A DNA stretch of 64,000 nucleotides, from NCBI GenBank assembly GCA_905187695.1, contig CAJJIY010000005.1, positions 8,546 to 72,545 on the forward strand, in the 5' to 3' direction. This document shows positions 16,638 through 25,498 of the stretch, one piece after another. This stretch comes from an uncultured Eubacteriales bacterium. Lineage in GTDB: Bacteria > Bacillota > Clostridia > Oscillospirales > CAG-272. The position numbers and the translations under genes are program-made. Every line of letters begins with the position of its first letter. Position 1 is the stretch's first letter. The notes under the pieces were generated by a model. The model was not told where the DNA came from. It worked only from the letters and a program-made list of their open reading frames with translations, and did not search any database.

Positions 16638-17381
16638 ATGGGGCGTTTTGTGTTGACGGTCAGAGCGCAGGGGGTGTCTTTCCTGCTTGCCGACAATGAG
16701 GGGAAAATATTGATGAACTCGGCGCTTTACGCCGGCGTGGATACCGCCAAAAAGGGGATCCGTTCGCTTGCAGCCGTTGCGCCGGAAGCACCGGTGATCG
16801 ATAAAAGCATCGGCGAGCACGGCCCGAACCCGAAATTTGAGCTGTCGGGTGGAGAAGACGGCTTCTTCTTCCTTTTGCGTTCGGCCAACGGAAAGCCAAT
16901 CTTCCGTTCTCCCGATTACGCGGATCGGGAAAAGTGTCTGCTGGCCATAGAGGCTCTCCGGAAGGGTGTCCGGGACGCCACCGAGACCGTTTACGAGCGG
17001 GAAGCGGGGTATTCCCCGGTGCGGACGCGCCGCTCCTGCGGCAAACAATGCGACAAACAAAAAGAAGGGAAAGAAGAAACGGCCGGGGTATCACCGGTTG
17101 TCCCCAGTGCAACCGGGGAAAGCGTACCGGACCTGCCCCGCGCACTTTTTTCGAATCCCGAATCCGAAGAATCGGCCTTTGAAATGCCGCAAACCGGAGA
17201 GGACTTTCCGCCGCCCGAATCCTCCTTGGAGCAGACCTCTTCTGCGGACGAGCCGCTTCTGGTCATCCGGCTTTCGCCGAGCCGGATGCGGAAAAAAGCC
17301 GAGGCGCCCGCTTCCGATCCCCGTAAAAAAAGCCGGATCTCCCGCTTTTTTGAAGTCCTGAGGGGCGAAAAAAAGAAATAA
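16638..17381 (+). CDS. YegP/DUF1508 tandem-domain protein with a long disordered C-terminal tail
   Basis: The RBS AAGGAGG precedes the start. Two DUF1508-like halves are present (FLLADNEGKILMNSALYAGVDTAKKGIRSL and FFLLRSANGKPIFRSPDYADREKCLLAIEAL). About 130 aa of a P/S/E/K-rich tail follow. Confidence 0.75.
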   Translation: MGRFVLTVRAQGVSFLLADNEGKILMNSALYAGVDTAKKGIRSLAAVAPEAPVIDKSIGEHGPNPKFELSGGEDGFFFLLRSANGKPIFRSPDYADREKCLLAIEALRKGVRDATETVYEREAGYSPVRTRRSCGKQCDKQKEGKEETAGVSPVVPSATGESVPDLPRALFSNPESEESAFEMPQTGEDFPPPESSLEQTSSADEPLLVIRLSPSRMRKKAEAPASDPRKKSRISRFFEVLRGEKKK

Positions 17382-17415
17382 TCGTAAATTTCATGCGGTT
17401 TTTCGCGCGGAACTC

Positions 17416-17444
17416 TTGATAACTTTCATTAAATATGGTAAAAT
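17416..17444 (+). promoter_or_regulatory. Extended -10 sigma-A-type promoter for pgk-tpiA
   Basis: TTGATA (17416-17421), a 17-nt spacer and TAAAAT (17439-17444), with TG at 17436-17437. Confidence 0.65.
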
Positions 17445-17501
17445 AATCATGTTTGAAAAAATTCTGCCGCTTGTGCGGCAAACGGAAAGGCGGATCTTTT
17501 T

Positions 17502-18797
17502 ATGACTTACAATAAGAAGACGATCGAAGACATTGATGTAAAAGGCAAAAAAATTATTGCCCGTTGCGACTTCAATGTGCCGATGAAAGACGGCGAAATC
17601 ACCGACACCAAGCGAATCGTCGGCGCACTGCCCACCATTCAGTATCTGCTGAAACAGGGCGCGGCCGTGATCCTGTGCTCTCACCTGGGACGCCCGCACA
17701 ATGTTTTCAATGAAAAACTGAAACTGGATAAAAAGGAAAAGAAAAAGATCGAGGCTCTGCCCGAGTCCGAGCGCGCCGCGGCCACAGCCGCCGCATTGGA
17801 AAAGGCCAAGGGCGATGTGAAAAAGCTGTCGCTGGCTCCCATTGCCGCCAAGCTGTCCGAGTTATTGGGCGTGAAAGTCGAGATGGCCAAAGATGTCATC
17901 GGTCCCGACGCCAAGGCCAAGGCCGCCGCGTTGAAGCCCGGTGAAGTGATGATGCTGGAAAATGTCCGCTTCCATGAAGAGGAAGAGGCCAACGATCCCG
18001 CTTTTGCCAAAGAACTGGCTTCCATGGCGGATATTTATGTCAACGATGCTTTCGGCACGGCTCACCGTGCACACGCCACCACAGCCGGTCTGGCCGACTA
18101 TCTGCCCGCCGTGTGCGGATACCTCATTCAAAAAGAGATCACCGTCATGGGCAAGGCGCTTTCCGATCCGAAGCGTCCCTTTGTGGCCATCCTGGGCGGC
18201 GCCAAGGTTTCGGATAAGATCGGCGTGATCAACAACCTTATCGACAAAGTGGACACGCTCATCATCGGCGGCGGCATGGCCTATACTTTCTTCCGCGCCA
18301 TGGGCAATCCCATCGGCACTTCCATCTGCGAGGCCGACAAGCTGGATTTAGCCCGCGAACTGGTGGAAAAGGCACATGCCAAGGGGGTCAACTTCCTTTT
18401 GCCCGTGGACAATGTCATCGGCACGCAGTATGATGAGAACACCACTTTCATGACCATCTATTCCGACTCGATTCCGGACGGTTGGATGGGTCTTGACATC
18501 GGCCACAAAACGCAGGAACTCTTTTCCAAGACGCTCATGGGCGCCGGCACGGTGGTCTGGAACGGCCCGATGGGTGTTTCGGAATGGAAGAATTTTGCCG
18601 CCGGCACCGAAACGGTTGCCCGCGCGGTGGCCGAATCCGGCGCCATCTCCATCATCGGTGGCGGCGATTCCGCGGCGGCCGTGGAAAAACTCGGCTTTGC
18701 CGATAAGATGACCCATGTTTCGACGGGTGGTGGCGCTTCGCTGGAATTCCTTGAAGGCAAGGAACTGCCCGGCATTGCCTGCCTGCTTGATAAGTAA
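17502..18797 (+). CDS. pgk: Phosphoglycerate kinase (with a ~35-40-aa lineage-specific insertion)
   Basis: Conserved PGK blocks are present: [61 protein letters not shown]. Confidence 0.95.
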   Translation: MTYNKKTIEDIDVKGKKIIARCDFNVPMKDGEITDTKRIVGALPTIQYLLKQGAAVILCSHLGRPHNVFNEKLKLDKKEKKKIEALPESERAAATAAALEKAKGDVKKLSLAPIAAKLSELLGVKVEMAKDVIGPDAKAKAAALKPGEVMMLENVRFHEEEEANDPAFAKELASMADIYVNDAFGTAHRAHATTAGLADYLPAVCGYLIQKEITVMGKALSDPKRPFVAILGGAKVSDKIGVINNLIDKVDTLIIGGGMAYTFFRAMGNPIGTSICEADKLDLARELVEKAHAKGVNFLLPVDNVIGTQYDENTTFMTIYSDSIPDGWMGLDIGHKTQELFSKTLMGAGTVVWNGPMGVSEWKNFAAGTETVARAVAESGAISIIGGGDSAAAVEKLGFADKMTHVSTGGGASLEFLEGKELPGIACLLDK

Positions 18798-18824
18798 TAA
18801 AGGAAACGAAAGAAGGATAAAAGC

Positions 18825-19592
18825 ATGAATCCCGCAAAAAGAAGAACCGTCATTGCCGGCAACTGGAAAATGAATTTTACTCCCGATGAGGCGCGCGCTT
18901 TCATCGAGGAGATCAAGCCGCTGGTGAAGGGAAAAGATAATTGCGACATCATTTTCTGCGCGCCTTATGTGACGATTGCCGCCGCAATGGAGGCCGCCAA
19001 AGGTTCCGCTATTAAGATCGGCGCGGAGAATGTGCATTTTGCACCCAAGGGTGCCTATACCGGCGAAGTTTCGGCCGAGATGCTGAAGGCGATCGGCGTG
19101 GACACCGTCATCATCGGTCACTCGGAGCGCCGCCAATATTTCGGCGAGACCGATGAGACCGTCAATCTGCGCACCAAAGCGGCACTGGCCGCCGGAATGC
19201 GCGTGATCCTGTGCATGGGCGAAGTCAAGGAACAGCGGCTTGCCGGTATTACCGATGAAGTGTGCGCCATGCAGATCAAACTGGATCTTGCGGGCGTCAG
19301 CGCCGAGGAGATGAAGCGCGTCATCATTGCCTATGAACCCGTCTGGGCCATCGGCACAGGCCTTACCGCCACTCCGGATCAGGCAGAGGAGACCTGCCAT
19401 GTGATCCGCCGGACGCTTGCTGCCCTTTACGGCGAAGAAGTGGCCGAGGCAACGACCATTCAGTACGGCGGCTCGATGAATGAGAAAAACGCGGCCGAAC
19501 TGCTGAAAAAGCCGGATGTGGACGGCGGTCTCATCGGCGGCGCTTCGTTGGTTGCCGCGAAATTCAACGCGATTGTAGACGCCGCGCAGTAA
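18825..19592 (+). CDS. tpiA: Triosephosphate isomerase
   Basis: TIM blocks are present: VIAGNWKMN, IIGHSERR, IAYEPVWAIGTG, YGGS. Confidence 0.95.
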   Translation: MNPAKRRTVIAGNWKMNFTPDEARAFIEEIKPLVKGKDNCDIIFCAPYVTIAAAMEAAKGSAIKIGAENVHFAPKGAYTGEVSAEMLKAIGVDTVIIGHSERRQYFGETDETVNLRTKAALAAGMRVILCMGEVKEQRLAGITDEVCAMQIKLDLAGVSAEEMKRVIIAYEPVWAIGTGLTATPDQAEETCHVIRRTLAALYGEEVAEATTIQYGGSMNEKNAAELLKKPDVDGGLIGGASLVAAKFNAIVDAAQ

Positions 19593-19620
19593 GCGCGGGC
19601 AGGCATTGTTTGCCTGCGAT

Positions 19621-19650
19621 AAAGGGGCTGTCGCAAGGCAGCCCCTTTTT
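19621..19650 (+). terminator. Rho-independent terminator after tpiA
   Basis: AAAGGGGCTG pairs with CAGCCCCTTT and is followed by a T-run. Confidence 0.8.
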
Positions 19651-19668
19651 AAGAAAGGAGGGCCGCAT

Positions 19669-20049
19669 ATGGCCAATTACCGTCGGGGACGGATCAATGA
19701 CGAGATGCAAAAGGTCGTGGCTGAGATCCTGCGTGAACTCAAAGACCCCCGCGTGAGCGATGCGTTTCTCAGCGTCACGGGGGCGGAAGTAACGCCCGAT
19801 CTCAAATATGCCAAAATTTATTACTCTGCGCTCCGGGGCGAGCCCAAAGAAATCAAAAAAGGGTTGGTTTCCTCGGCCGGATTTATCCGCAAGAAGGTGG
19901 CCGAGCGCATGAATCTGCGCATCACGCCGGAATTTACTTTTGTGGCGGATGATTCCATCAGGCACGGCGCGCACATTTCCGAATTGTTGAACTCGCTCAC
20001 TTACAGTGAGGAATCACCCGAAAAGGACGGAAAAGGCGATGGCGTTTAA
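19669..20049 (+). CDS. rbfA: Ribosome-binding factor A
   Basis: ATG 19669 follows AAGGAGGG. MANYRRGRINDEMQKVVAEILRELKDPRV is a typical RbfA N-terminus. Confidence 0.9.
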   Translation: MANYRRGRINDEMQKVVAEILRELKDPRVSDAFLSVTGAEVTPDLKYAKIYYSALRGEPKEIKKGLVSSAGFIRKKVAERMNLRITPEFTFVADDSIRHGAHISELLNSLTYSEESPEKDGKGDGV

Positions 20050-21022
20050 GGAAATGAGCGAGGCCGAGGTGCTTTTGCTTCTCCAAAAGAGAGAACCCAC
20101 TCTCATTTTGTCCCATGTCAATCCGGATGCCGACGCTGTCGGTTCGGCACTGGCACTTTCCATGCTTCTTTCGGCCTTTGGCGTGCCCGCGCTTTGCCTT
20201 TTCGGCAGTGAAGTGCCCAAACGGCTTTCTTTCCTCACAAAGGCGGGCGGAGAACCGGGCGATCCTGCGGCATTGCCTCAGGAATTTGAGAATGCCAGAG
20301 CCGTGGCAGTGGACGCGGCTTCTCCCGCTCAACTGGGGGAACTTTTCGGTCTTTTCGGCGACCGGATCGTGCTTTCGTTGGATCACCATGGGATGAATAC
20401 GCCCTATGCGCCCGGCATCTGCCGTCCTGCGGCGGCCGCCACCGGAGAAATTATTTATGATCTGGCGGCCGCGTCCGGCGCGGAATTGCCGCCTGCCGCC
20501 GCGCTTTGCCTTTATGCCGCCATTTGCGGCGATACCGGGAGTTTTAAATATTCCAACACCACGCCGCAGACGCTGCTTCGCGCCGCCGCGCTCATGGAAA
20601 TCGGCCATTTTGATGTAGCGGAGCTGACCGGTCGTCTTTTCGGCGGTAAAACGCGGTTACAGTTCCGTGCCGAGCAGGCCGCCGGTGACCGCGTGCATTT
20701 CTTTGCGGACGGAAAGGTGGCCATCACCACATTCACTTATGAACTTAAAAAAGAACTCGGCGTCACCGAGGGTGAATTGGGCACGCTGGTGGACATTGCC
20801 CGCCCGATCGAGGGCGTGTCGGTCTCGGCCGCTCTTCGTCAGCCTGAGGAGGCTCCGGTCTTCCGTGCTTCGCTTCGGGCCAACGACGATGTGGATGTGG
20901 CGGCTGTCTGCGCAACTTTCGGCGGGGGCGGTCATCGCCGCGCCGCCGGTGCGACGATTGAAGCGCCCGATATAGATACGGCCGAAAAAATGCTGCTGGA
21001 CGCTATTTTGAAAGCGCTTTAA
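20039..21022 (+). CDS. nrnA: DHH-family phosphoesterase (NrnA-like oligoribonuclease / pAp phosphatase)
   Basis: ATG 20039 overlaps the rbfA 3' end. DHH/DHHA1 motifs are present: SHVNPDADAVGS, DHHG and GGGHRRAAG. Confidence 0.85.
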   Translation: MAFKEMSEAEVLLLLQKREPTLILSHVNPDADAVGSALALSMLLSAFGVPALCLFGSEVPKRLSFLTKAGGEPGDPAALPQEFENARAVAVDAASPAQLGELFGLFGDRIVLSLDHHGMNTPYAPGICRPAAAATGEIIYDLAAASGAELPPAAALCLYAAICGDTGSFKYSNTTPQTLLRAAALMEIGHFDVAELTGRLFGGKTRLQFRAEQAAGDRVHFFADGKVAITTFTYELKKELGVTEGELGTLVDIARPIEGVSVSAALRQPEEAPVFRASLRANDDVDVAAVCATFGGGGHRRAAGATIEAPDIDTAEKMLLDAILKAL

Positions 21023-21053
21023 AAATCAGACCCGGTCAGGGTCTGATTTTTTT
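21023..21053 (+). terminator. Rho-independent terminator
   Basis: ATCAGACCC pairs with GGGTCTGAT, followed by T7. Confidence 0.85.
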
Positions 21054-21153
21054 GTGAATTTTATGCGCTTTTCCGGTAATACTTCAAGAGAACTTGAAAA
21101 GCGGAAAATTTTGTGATATAATGAAAAAAATTAAAAACGGAGGAGGGTACTGT

Positions 21154-22959
21154 ATGCGGCGCGTTTTGATAGGCTTGGTTGTCTTTTTGCTTCTGGTCTG
21201 CTCGCTTCTTCCGGCCGTGGCCGAGGCGGTGCCGTCTTCCGAATGTGTTCGGCTGACGCAGGAGGCTGTCGGCGAATCGCTGGGTAAGGATACGCCCGGT
21301 GCGGCATTGACTGTTTTTGAAAACGGGACCCGATTGGTTTTCGAGGGGTTCGGCTATGCGGATATAAAGAGCCGTGCGCTTATTACACCGGACACGGTGT
21401 TCCCCATCGGAGAACTTTCCGGGGTGTTCGTGCCGCTTGTGGCAATGACCCTGTCCGAAGAGGGAACCGTTCAGTTGGATGCGGACATTGCCACGGTTCT
21501 TCCTGCGGATTTTTCCAAAAAACTCTCGCTCACCTATCCGGTCACTTTGCGCCAGTTGCTTCTCGGTCGCGCGGGTTTCGGGGGGCGCACTTTCGATGTT
21601 CAATACAAAAAGGCCGCATACGGGTACGATTCTCTTTCCGATACGCTTCTTTCGGATGTCCCCGCACAGATCCTGCCGCCCGATACGGTGTCCATGCCAT
21701 CGCTTTTCGGGACGGCACTGGCCGCCTATGTACTGGAGTGTGCCACTGGAGAGCGCTATGAAGATCTTCTAAATACCCGCGTGCTCGGGCCGCTTTCCAT
21801 GACGAAAACCGGATTTGAAGAGCCAACGGATGAAGCCATGACAGTCACCGGTTACACCGCCGCCGACAAGGGGCAGTTTTCGGGCGTTGAAAAGACTTTT
21901 CCGGCCCTTTACCCCGCAAACGGGATGTATTCCAACCTTGCCGATCTTTCACAACTGCTTTCTTATTTCCTTGCGGGACACGGTGCACCGCTCTGCTCGG
22001 ATACCGCATTTGCCGCATTTATGGAAGTGACGCGGTGCGGTGTTTTCAGAGAGGGAAATATGGTATTTCGCGCGGGTGAGCTTTCATTTTTTGCAGGCGG
22101 AACCGCTTCCGGGAGCGGGGTATCGTTCACTTTTTCGCCGTCCACCGGCCGTGGTGCATTGGTGCTTACCAATGCGGCCGGAAGCGCGCTTCTCTCATTG
22201 GGGGAAACGCTTTGCGGCGGTCGTGCGCGTGTATTTGCCACCTCGGCAGAAGAACTTTACGACCTGAAACTTTTTAAAGGGGTCTACGGGTTGGGCTCCG
22301 GAGAGATCCGAACTTTTGTCGGTCGGCTTGAAACCATTAAAAACAGTCAAAAAATCAGTGTGGGTGATGACGCCTGCCTTCATTTTGGCGGCAAACGGCT
22401 TCGGCAGATTGCACCCGGCGTTTTCGCGGACGCAGATGCGCCGGATGGCGGAAACGTGGCGGTTTTGCAGTTCCTCTTTGACGGAGAAGGGAAACCTGTG
22501 GCGGCCGTGACTGCTGAGGGACAGTGCTTTGTGCCGCTGAAATTTTATTACGAACATCTGCCGGGCACGATTCTTTTCGGAACGCTGGTGGTGCTGGCCG
22601 TCTTTTTCCTTCTTTCTGGTGCGGCGGCCGTTTTTCGCCGGCGGATGCTGCGAAGGGACGGTGAGCCGGGTGAAGACCTTCGGTTTCTCCTGCCCGGCGT
22701 GCTTTCCATGGTTCTTTCGGTGTTTGTTCTCATTGAGGCCGCCGTGGGGTGGTATGTGGGCGCGGGCGTGCTTTCCTCTTTTTACTATGCTTTCGCGGTG
22801 CTGACGCTGCTTCTTGGGACGGCCGCCACTGTGGCCTATCTGATTGCATTTGTCTCTACGATCCTGGATCGGAAATTGCACAGCCGTCTGGCCGGAACCG
22901 CTTTCCTTTTTGTCGCTTTTGTGCTGTTGGTGTATTTCTTCGGCCTTTCGGCCTACTGA
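21154..22959 (+). CDS. Beta-lactamase-fold (serine hydrolase family) protein with signal peptide and C-terminal multi-TM anchor; catalytic motifs degenerate
   Basis: ATG 21154 follows GGAGGAGGG, and the signal peptide reads MRRVLIGLVVFLLLVCSLLPAVAEA. The fold is family-like, but SGVF replaces SxxK (Ser codon at 21418-21420) and PSLFG replaces YSNxG. Four hydrophobic segments close the protein. Confidence 0.75.
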   Translation: MRRVLIGLVVFLLLVCSLLPAVAEAVPSSECVRLTQEAVGESLGKDTPGAALTVFENGTRLVFEGFGYADIKSRALITPDTVFPIGELSGVFVPLVAMTLSEEGTVQLDADIATVLPADFSKKLSLTYPVTLRQLLLGRAGFGGRTFDVQYKKAAYGYDSLSDTLLSDVPAQILPPDTVSMPSLFGTALAAYVLECATGERYEDLLNTRVLGPLSMTKTGFEEPTDEAMTVTGYTAADKGQFSGVEKTFPALYPANGMYSNLADLSQLLSYFLAGHGAPLCSDTAFAAFMEVTRCGVFREGNMVFRAGELSFFAGGTASGSGVSFTFSPSTGRGALVLTNAAGSALLSLGETLCGGRARVFATSAEELYDLKLFKGVYGLGSGEIRTFVGRLETIKNSQKISVGDDACLHFGGKRLRQIAPGVFADADAPDGGNVAVLQFLFDGEGKPVAAVTAEGQCFVPLKFYYEHLPGTILFGTLVVLAVFFLLSGAAAVFRRRMLRRDGEPGEDLRFLLPGVLSMVLSVFVLIEAAVGWYVGAGVLSSFYYAFAVLTLLLGTAATVAYLIAFVSTILDRKLHSRLAGTAFLFVAFVLLVYFFGLSAY

Positions 22960-23146
22960 GCCGGTTGTCCGTAAGGGAAAAAGAAAAAGTTACGGTTAAA
23001 AGCATTGGCAACTTCCCATCTGCCCCTGGGCGCGTTTGTGATCGCGGTACTGCTTTTCACCGTGCTTTGCGCCGGAATATTCCGCTTTTTTGCGGGTGGC
23101 GGACGGCAAAGTGACGCACTGTGTCTTTTTTTGCTTTTCGGACTAT

Positions 23147-23178
23147 AAAAGAGGAAGCCCCGCGGGGCTTCCTCTTTT
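23147..23178. terminator. Bidirectional palindromic terminator
   Basis: AAAAGAGGAAGCCCCGCGGGGCTTCCTCTTTT is a perfect palindrome with A/T runs on both sides. Confidence 0.8.
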
Positions 23179-23212
23179 AAATATACAGGATTCAGAGAAA
23201 CGGGACCGGTTT

Positions 23213-23461
23213 TCAGAGCCGGTCCTGTTTCTTTTGCAGGCAGCGAAGCAGTGCCATCAGCACTTCTTTTGCCTCGGGTTCAAGGTCGGAAATGTCCAAT
23301 GTAAGATTGGACTGGGTACCAAGCAGATAGTCCGCGCTTACACGGAAAGCGCGGCAAAGCCCCGCTATGCTTGAAATGGATGGGTCGGACAGAGACATTT
23401 CCCAGGCGTTGACGGCGCTTCTGGAAATCCCCAGTTTTTTAGCCAGTTCAGCCTGTGTCAT
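23213..23461 (-). CDS. XRE-family HTH protein, apparently 5'-truncated (starts in helix 2 of the HTH_3 domain)
   Basis: It begins MTQAELAKKLGISRSAVNAWE...ADYLLG and lacks the usual LKxLRxxxG helix 1. The in-frame sequence upstream of the ATG is AT-rich non-HTH sequence belonging to the island. Confidence 0.6.
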   Translation of the reverse strand: MTQAELAKKLGISRSAVNAWEMSLSDPSISSIAGLCRAFRVSADYLLGTQSNLTLDISDLEPEAKEVLMALLRCLQKKQDRL

Positions 23462-23529
23462 GTGGTTTTCAACAAAATGTGTGTAATGGGAATATAAGAT
23501 TACTACAAACAGCCTTTGATATAAAAATT

Positions 23530-23569
23530 TAGACGGATAAATCGCTAAAATTTATCCGTCTATTTTTTT
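23530..23569. terminator. Strong hairpin terminator at the 3' end of the island operon (functional in both orientations)
   Basis: A 13-bp stem pairs TAGACGGATAAAT (23530-23542) with ATTTATCCGTCTA (23550-23562). T7 follows on the plus strand and AAUUUUUAU on the minus strand. Confidence 0.8.
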
Positions 23570-23710
23570 GCCTTATTTACGCTTTAATTTTATCTTCAAA
23601 CTCGCAAGGATTTTGCGACAATTGCGATTAGGCGTGTCTTGTCTTGATACAAGTAATGGAACCATTTTGGAAACGTAACGAATTCATAATTTGCAACAAG
23701 TATCGCAAGC

Positions 23711-24259
23711 TTATTCAAAATCAATTAACCCAACTTTCGCTTTATACGCTCGCAAATCATTTTGATATAATCCAATTACTCGAATTATCATTTTATTGAT
23801 CTCTGAGGCCTTATTGGTCATGGGAATCAATTTTTCTTTGATATAACTATTTACTGTTTTTGAATCGCTCAAATTCCCAGAAATAACATTGTTCTGAAAA
23901 ATCTTATGCACAATCAGTATTCTATAATCGTTTATTTCCTTAATCAAATCCGTCGCATTGTTCGGAAGTGAAGTGATTTCTTTCAGTTTGTCTTTTAATC
24001 TGCCCAATGTCCACTTTTCATCGTAGGTTTGAAAATAGTATTCATCATACTTTTGGCATATTTTTGAGACATTGTCTTTAGTCAAGCCTTCTTTTTCTAT
24101 CTCTTTTACGGACAATTCATAGCATATGAGTTTTCTTAAATTAAACTCAAGCATTTGTGCGACTTCTATGAAAAAGCCAATATTAGTGTAAAATGCGATT
24201 CGAACTTCCGTATTATCTTTTGAGATATTAGAATTAAACTGTATTTGAATGTCTTTCAT
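23711..24259 (-). CDS. 182-aa hypothetical protein, predicted all-helical, with an Rx4H motif (possible HEPN-like)
   Basis: It starts 24 nt downstream of the HTH gene with RBS GGTGAGAA. The codon usage is AT-rich. The motif YRILIVHKIF has R113 and H118, encoded at 23906-23923. Confidence 0.75.
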   Translation of the reverse strand: MKDIQIQFNSNISKDNTEVRIAFYTNIGFFIEVAQMLEFNLRKLICYELSVKEIEKEGLTKDNVSKICQKYDEYYFQTYDEKWTLGRLKDKLKEITSLPNNATDLIKEINDYRILIVHKIFQNNVISGNLSDSKTVNSYIKEKLIPMTNKASEINKMIIRVIGLYQNDLRAYKAKVGLIDFE

Positions 24260-24283
24260 ATATTGTTATTCTCACCAACGGTT

Positions 24284-25468
24284 TTATATAACGTTTATAT
24301 GTCCAAACTCCGGTTGCACGGGTTTCTTAATTGAAAATTCGATATAATCGGTCTCCAATAACAATTGATTATTTTTATCGGATTGTTTGAGAATGAAAGC
24401 ATATTTTCCATAAGCAAGACCGTTTATAGATTTGTAAAAATCTTCGACTGGAACATCACACTTTTTTATAATAGACCAACTCGATGGTTTTTGCACCGGA
24501 CCATAAGGACCTCCAACGGTTACATAGTCTTTCGGTACAAAAAGTTTGATTTCGGTGTGGTCATATTCATCGCAACAAGGCTGAAAATAAATATTAACCA
24601 AATCGGATCCGGTAGATACCTTTATTTCAGCGGTTGCTAACAAATTGTCTTTCTTTGCTTGCTCCAACTTTGCATAGTATTGTTCTTTGTCGGCTTCGGT
24701 ATAAGTAACATTAAGAATATAATCGGCGGCGATTTCGTTGATGAAAGAAAATTTGATCGCATCTATACGGTCGTTAAAATCGACAATAATTTTATACTGG
24801 TTGTCGGAAAAAGGGATTTTTATCCATTTGTTGTTTCTGCGAACGGAAATAACATCAAACGGAGGAATTCCTACATACTTCATATCGATAATTAAAGCGT
24901 ATTGCGTTTTTGTTATATCTTCATCTTGCGTTATGTTAAATGAGTCCGCCGATTCATCAAATGTGACGCAAGTATCCGAATGAACCGCATTTTCGGCACC
25001 GATTGGATAGCAGCGAGAAAAAACAAAAATCTTTAAAATCGCAAGATTGATAGCATCTAACATTTTGAATCTGGTTATAAATTTAGCGTCAATTTCGCAG
25101 AGCTTTTTGAACACATTAAAACTTTTGTAGCGCAAAATATAATCAACAATATTTTTGCCATTTTCATCTTTAGGAAGATCCTTTACTTCCTTTGCCAAAA
25201 CAACATCATCATTTTTGGCGCACAATTCTGCTTTGGATATAGTACCCACTTCTTTTTCCGTTATTTTCCCGGTCATAAGGTAATCTATTGAGACCTTGAA
25301 CAGAGTTGCCAGCACCGGCAATTGAGATATTTCAGGAAATCCCGCTTCGCTTTCCCACTTACTTATAGTTTTGTCGCTGACATTAAGTTTTTCAGCAAGT
25401 TCTACTTGTGTCCAACCTTTTGATTTGCGCAAAGTTGCTATTGTTTTACCAATACTATGTTCACACAT
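24284..25468 (-). CDS. 394-aa protein: N-terminal XRE-type HTH fused to a ~320-aa domain of unknown function
   Basis: The RBS GGAGG lies 7 nt upstream of the start. The HTH_3 region reads IGKTIATLRKSKGWTQVELAEKLNVSDKTISKWESEAGFPEISQLPVLATLFKVSIDYLMTG. I recognise no motif in the rest of the protein. Confidence 0.8.
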   Translation of the reverse strand: MCEHSIGKTIATLRKSKGWTQVELAEKLNVSDKTISKWESEAGFPEISQLPVLATLFKVSIDYLMTGKITEKEVGTISKAELCAKNDDVVLAKEVKDLPKDENGKNIVDYILRYKSFNVFKKLCEIDAKFITRFKMLDAINLAILKIFVFSRCYPIGAENAVHSDTCVTFDESADSFNITQDEDITKTQYALIIDMKYVGIPPFDVISVRRNNKWIKIPFSDNQYKIIVDFNDRIDAIKFSFINEIAADYILNVTYTEADKEQYYAKLEQAKKDNLLATAEIKVSTGSDLVNIYFQPCCDEYDHTEIKLFVPKDYVTVGGPYGPVQKPSSWSIIKKCDVPVEDFYKSINGLAYGKYAFILKQSDKNNQLLLETDYIEFSIKKPVQPEFGHINVI

Positions 25469-25498
25469 AATTAAACCTCCTTGTTTTTTTCTAACAAT

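Noticed and set aside
15609-17060. 483-aa minus-strand ORF spanning the DUF11 and yegP genes. Similar antisense ORFs lie at 18348..19676, 26801..28003, 56148..57539 and 62279..63475.
   Set aside because: Each one crosses intergenic terminators and promoters of well-supported plus-strand genes and is Arg/Gly-rich. All are treated as non-coding.
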